From: Octopus vulgaris
Taxonomy: Eukaryota
Length of the DNA: 64,000 nt
NCBI GenBank assembly: GCA_951406725.2
Contig: OX597818.1
Span: 1,860,001 to 1,924,000 of the forward strand
Direction: 5' to 3'
In this document: positions 59,592 through 64,000 of the stretch, piece after piece
Layout of the letters: each line of letters begins with the position of its first letter
Numbering within the stretch: the stretch's first letter is position 1
Made by a program: the position numbers and the translations under genes
The notes under the pieces: model-generated
Databases searched by the model: none
What the model saw: only the letters and a program-made list of their open reading frames with translations
What the model was told of the DNA's origin: nothing

Positions 59592-60113
59592 TCTCTCCCT
59601 CCCTCCCAAACAATCCTCGACGTACTCAGTGGTGAAATTTTGTAAGAAGTCGAGCAATTTAAGCCTTTTGGTGTTGCTTTTGCTACCAAAGACCAGAACG
59701 AAGATAAGATAGATGTACTTATCAATCAGCTGCTTCCGAATTCTGTTATTTTCTAATTCAGTTTTAATTTATATTGGAGATCAATGTACCACGAAAATTC
59801 GAGTCGCTGGGTTATTAAAATATAGGAATTCCGGTTAAAAGATTAGTAGTTAGTCTCCATAAGAATTTCGGTAACCGAGGCAAAACACAGTTAAGCGGAA
59901 CTCGCTATAATACGAACACACGCACACACACTCACGCACGCACTCATACACACACACAGAGGCACACACGTACACACAAAGACATGCACAATATATATAA
60001 AGAAAAAGGAGGCTGTCAGAATTTTGGATAATTGTTTATTAGCGCTTTTGTCCGTTCATGGAGACTCTTCAGGTATGTTTAACCTTATCTAATATCACTT
60101 CAAACACTATACA

Positions 60114-60970
60114 TACAAGGTGAGTGAAAAGTAAGTAGGCTTTAAAAACTGGTAATAAAATCCATATTCCTTTTACAAATTTATTGAAACAAATGATACA
60201 TGTTCTATATTACATAGGAAAATCAAAGTAAATCTTATTTCAACGTAAGACCGGTGGCGTCAGTTAGTTTCCTCAAATGACCAGGGATGGAATGAACAAC
60301 TTTCTGAGGGACGTTGTCTAGGATATCCTTGAGAACTTCCTGAATCCGTGTCTCCAAGTCCTCCAGTGTGTGAGGTTTTTTCTTGTACATCTCTTTTTCT
60401 AACCCCACAGGTATAAATCACATGGTGTGAGATCTGTACTTCTTGGAATTCTGGACTTCTGAACTTCTGCGGTTACAGTCTTCAAGTTTTAGCTCCTGCA
60501 CGTAATGGGGTCTCCAAGGACAAAAATTCAATTCTTAATGCAACACCGTACGTATTGTGTGTCTTGTTAGTCCACTTTCACAAGCTGTTTGATGTGTTGA
60601 TTTTTGCGGGCTGCGATTAAACATTCCCTGCACTGTTGCCAGGTTTTCCACTGATCGGGATGTGGTTGGCCGGCCATTTCTTACATCATTCACAGAGCCC
60701 GGACGTAGTGTTGCATGCTTATCTTTCCATGCACGCCACTATCTCTGAACCAAAATAATGGAATTCCATACTTCATAGCGTACTGTTATCTTAGCTTGTT
60801 CCTGAACAGTCAAGCGACTGGCCATCTGGAAAATAAGAAAAAAGCCAATAATAAAATAAGAAATCCCCATTAGGGTTGGTGTTTAAAAAAATGTTTTCTT
60901 CATGACTTCAGTGATATTAAAAATTCTATAAGCAATTTCTAATGCCTAGTTACTCTCTAGCCATCCTATA
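60114..60970 (-). mobile_element. Internally deleted Tc1/mariner-superfamily element
   Basis: Minus strand MASRLTVQEQ..GSVNDVRNGRP..SPQKST..PHYVQEL and PRSTDLTPCDLYLWG (cf. WPPRSPDLTPCDFFLWG); degenerate TIR-like ends at TA. Confidence 0.75.
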
Positions 60971-61196
60971 TATATATATCTTTTACTCTTTTACTTGTTT
61001 CAGTCATTTAACTGCAGCCATGCTGGAGCACCGCCTTTATTCGAGCAACTCGATCCCGGGATTTATTCTTTTGTAAGCCCAGTACTTATTCTATCGGTCT
61101 CTTTTGCCGAACTGCTAAGTAACGGGGACATAAACACACCAGCATCTTTTGTCAAGCAATGCTAGGGGGACAAACACAGACACACAAACACACACA

Positions 61197-61233
<37 letters not shown>

Positions 61234-61330
61234 CGGGAAGCTTTATGAAAATAAACAAAAGACGAAGGCAGGTGGAAAACAAACGAACAATTGTATTAGT
61301 ATGGCGCTCAGGAAATATAAATAAAACAAG

Positions 61331-61368
61331 TCTTTAACGTTTCGAGCCTACGCTCTTCAACAGAAAGA
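61331..61368 (-). ncRNA. Minimal variant hammerhead-like motif in the PLE terminus
   Basis: TCTTT-CTGTTGAA-GAGC-GTAG-GCTC-GAAA-CG-TT-AAAGA; stems I and II pair; palindromic AACGTT in place of stem III; core has A6U. Confidence 0.5.
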
Positions 61369-61909
61369 TACACAGAGAGAGAAAAACACAGAAAGAAGGA
61401 GAGAAAAAAAATGCGTGCAGTAGCTAACGAATCAACATGGCGATCTGATTTCGGCCAGAGGTCAAAGATCAAACATGAGACGCGAGAGCGAAATAAGGGG
61501 AGATAATAGGGTTGATAAAAGGGTTGAGGGACCAGCTAAAAGTGCGTGGGAGGGGTCTGGATGTGTGTATGTATAGGGTTGGTGTATGTATTAGTATGTA
61601 TAAGGGTGTGTGTGTGTGTGTGTGTGTGTATGAGAGAGTATTAGTGCGTAAGATTGGTCTGGACGTGCGTATGTATGGGGTTGGTGTATGTATTAGTATG
61701 TATTAGTATGTATTAGTACGTATTGGTATGTATAGGTGTGTGTGTGTGTGTGTGTGAGAGAGTATAAGTGCGTATGCGGGGTCTGGACGTGTGTATGTAT
61801 AGGGTTGGTGTAAGTATTAGTATGTACTAGTATGTATTAGTACGTATTAGTAGGTATTAGTTGGTGTGTGTATTAGTATGGCACATCATATGTGATGTGA
61901 TGTGTAAAG

Positions 61910-64000
61910 TCATGTGGTGTAGTGAGGAGAAGAGGGGGAGGGGGAGAAGAGGGGGAGGGAGAGAAGAGGGGGGAGAGAAGGGGAGGGGAAGAAGAGGGGG
62001 AGGAGAAGGGGGGAGAGGATAGGATGGGGAGAAGGAAGGGGATGAGGGGGATGAAGGAGGAAAGAGGGAGAGGGGGAGAGAGAAGGGGAGAGAGGGAGTG
62101 AGGGAGCAGAGGGAAGGGGAAGAGGGAGGGAGAAAGAGGGAAGAAGGGAAGGGGAGTAGGGGTGAAAGGATGAAGGACTGAAGAAGTAGGGGTCGGGGGG
62201 AGAAAGGATAGGTGAGGAGGGGGTGAGGTTAGATGAGGAGGGGGGAGAGTTGAGACCAAATGGCGTATAAGAGCGAAGAGAGAAGATTAATTCCTGTTCA
62301 CGGCGCAAACGGGAATCCGGATGGCCTCTGTGTAAGGACAAACCGAACACAGATAGGTGTTGCAAGGAGTGACCGGTTGAGCGGAAATGGCGTGAGACCG
62401 GTGTGTCGTTCGCAAGGTGGATGTCACGAAGGTGTTCCGCGAACCGGTCAGCCAAGCGGCGTCCCGTTTGTCCGATGTACAAGGAATTGCAGAGAGAGCA
62501 AGAGATGCAATAGATAATATTGCTGGAGGTGCAGGTGAAGGAGTGGATGATGGGATAGGGTCGATGGTGGGTGCTAGTGAGGCGGGTGGTGTTGGAGATG
62601 TAAGGGCAAGTGCGGCAACGTGGGCGGGAGCAGGGGAACGAGCCGGGTTGGGAGGTAGGGTCAGGGAAGGAGCTATGGACCAAAAGGTCCCGAAGGTTGT
62701 GGGCTCGTTTGAAAGAGGGGAGGGGTCGGTTAGGGAAGAGGTGTGAAGTGGACGGGTCGGACTGGAGATGACGGAAAGCTCGAAGAATGGTGCGTTGGAG
62801 ACGTAGGGTCGTGGGGTGGTAAGTGAGGGGAAAAGGGAGGCGGGAGACTACAGGGCGGGTTCGGGGAGAGAGAGCAGATACACGGTCCACGGACCGTGCT
62901 CTGGCAAGGGCGGTGTGGATAGTGGTGAGGGGGTATCCACGTAGGGTGAAGTGGTGAGCCATACGTTGAGACTGAGTCTCAAAGTCATGGTCGTCACTAC
63001 AGAGCCTACGTAGACGGAGGAATTGGGAATAGGGGATGGAAAGCTTGGTGTGTTCTGGGTGGGAGGAAGAGAAGTTGAGGTATGAGTGTGAGTCTGTGTG
63101 TTTGTAGTGAATGGAGGTGGTAAGAGTGGAGTGAAGAATGCTAACCGAAATGTCGAGGAAGGAGACAGAGGTGTTGGAGATAGTGGAAGTGAAGTGGAGG
63201 GCTGGATGGAAAGATTGGACGAAAGAGAGGAAGGAATCTAGATGTTCGCGGGAGAGTGAGGTGGCACCGATAATGTCGTCAATATAACGACCATATAGTT
63301 CAGGAGTGGGACCAGTGAAATTAGAGAATATTTGGGCCTCAACATAGCCAACGAACAGGTTCGCATAGTTGGGGCCCATTCGCGTTCCCATGGCCACTCC
63401 CGAGACCTGATGGTAGAACTCGCCCGCGAACGAGAAGCAGTTCAGAGTAAGGACAAGTTCGGCCAGACGAATGAGTGTGGAGGTGTCAGGTACAGGGTTA
63501 GAGCGGAGGTCAAGAAAGTGTCGAAGGGCCTGCAGTCCTTCGTGGTGAGGGATAACAGTATAGAGGCTTTGGATGTCCATAGTAAAAAGGATTTTGGAGG
63601 AGCCGGGAGGAAAGGAGAAAGAGTTGAAAAGCCGGAGAGCATGGTTGGTATCGTGGATGTGGGAGGGAAGAGATGCCACTAGGGGGGCAAGGACACGGTC
63701 GAGGTATTTAGAGATGAGCTCCGTGGGGCAGTTACAGGCGGAGACGATGGGGCGGCCAGGGTTGTTGGGTTTGTGGATTTTGGGGAGGAAGTAAATGGTG
63801 GGGGTACGTGGGGTTCGCACAATTAGGTTGGATGCGGTGCGGGGGAGACGGGAGGACGAGATGAGGTCTTGGACAGTAGAGGATACCGTCTGTTGGTAGC
63901 TACGTGTGGGGTTAGAGGGCAGAGGGGAATAGAAGGAGGTGTCATTGAGTTGGCGGAAAGCCTCGGCCCTATAGAGGTCCGCGCGCCACACCACTACAGC
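61910..64000 (-). CDS. Penelope-like reverse transcriptase / GIY-YIG endonuclease polyprotein (5'-partial, uninterrupted)
   Basis: LPKIHK, GRPIVS, MDIQSLYT, GVAMGT, YGRYIDD (RT); CSRPRCRTC..C Cys linker; NIIYCISC..C..YIGQTGR..RFAEH, E, GLN (endonuclease); frame open to the window edge. Confidence 0.93.
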   Translation of the reverse strand, partial: AVVVWRADLYRAEAFRQLNDTSFYSPLPSNPTRSYQQTVSSTVQDLISSSRLPRTASNLIVRTPRTPTIYFLPKIHKPNNPGRPIVSACNCPTELISKYLDRVLAPLVASLPSHIHDTNHALRLFNSFSFPPGSSKILFTMDIQSLYTVIPHHEGLQALRHFLDLRSNPVPDTSTLIRLAELVLTLNCFSFAGEFYHQVSGVAMGTRMGPNYANLFVGYVEAQIFSNFTGPTPELYGRYIDDIIGATSLSREHLDSFLSFVQSFHPALHFTSTISNTSVSFLDISVSILHSTLTTSIHYKHTDSHSYLNFSSSHPEHTKLSIPYSQFLRLRRLCSDDHDFETQSQRMAHHFTLRGYPLTTIHTALARARSVDRVSALSPRTRPVVSRLPFPLTYHPTTLRLQRTILRAFRHLQSDPSTSHLFPNRPLPSFKRAHNLRDLLVHSSFPDPTSQPGSFPCSRPRCRTCPYISNTTRLTSTHHRPYPIIHSFTCTSSNIIYCISCSLCNSLYIGQTGRRLADRFAEHLRDIHLANDTPVSRHFRSTGHSLQHLSVFGLSLHRGHPDSRLRREQELIFSLRSYTPFGLNSPPSSSNLTPSSPILSPPDPYFFSPSSFHPYSPSLLPSFSLPLPLPSAPSLPLSPSLSPSPSFLLHPPHPLPSPHPILSPLLLPLFFPSPSLPPLLSLPLFSPSPSSPHYTT

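Larger units (their letters stand above)
61233..64000 (-). mobile_element. Penelope-like element (Neptune-type); 5' part lies beyond the window
   Basis: RT + GIY-YIG ORF, then pyrimidine-rich tract and pLTR-like end with hammerhead-like motif; 3' end in a (TA)n tract inside a SINE. Confidence 0.92.

Overview
AT-rich, microsatellite-dense eukaryotic DNA. The repeat families resemble coleoid cephalopod (Octopus-like) repeats; this is inferred, not proven. One host gene is recoverable: the 3' eight coding exons (6040-39254, + strand, all GT-AG, phase-compatible, 427 aa, 5' end upstream of the window) of a protein with two F5/8-type C (discoidin) domains, a Cys-flanked linker from a 48-nt micro-exon absent from the ORF track, and a C-terminal F-type-lectin-like domain. 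The rest is mostly mobile DNA: an RTE LINE, Tc1/mariner relics and MITEs, tRNA-SINEs, an L1/Tx1 relic, a ~9-kb pile of (TAA)n-associated R4/Dong-like retrotransposons in one intron, and an uninterrupted Penelope-like RT/GIY-YIG ORF running off the window end. The most unusual signal is a set of minimal or variant hammerhead-ribozyme motifs in Penelope-like ends and palindromes. The copies on the host gene's sense strand carry core mutations, while the best-preserved copies are antisense or outside the gene. Most short ORFs in the track are microsatellite artefacts. Transposon boundaries are approximate and all structures were read by eye.
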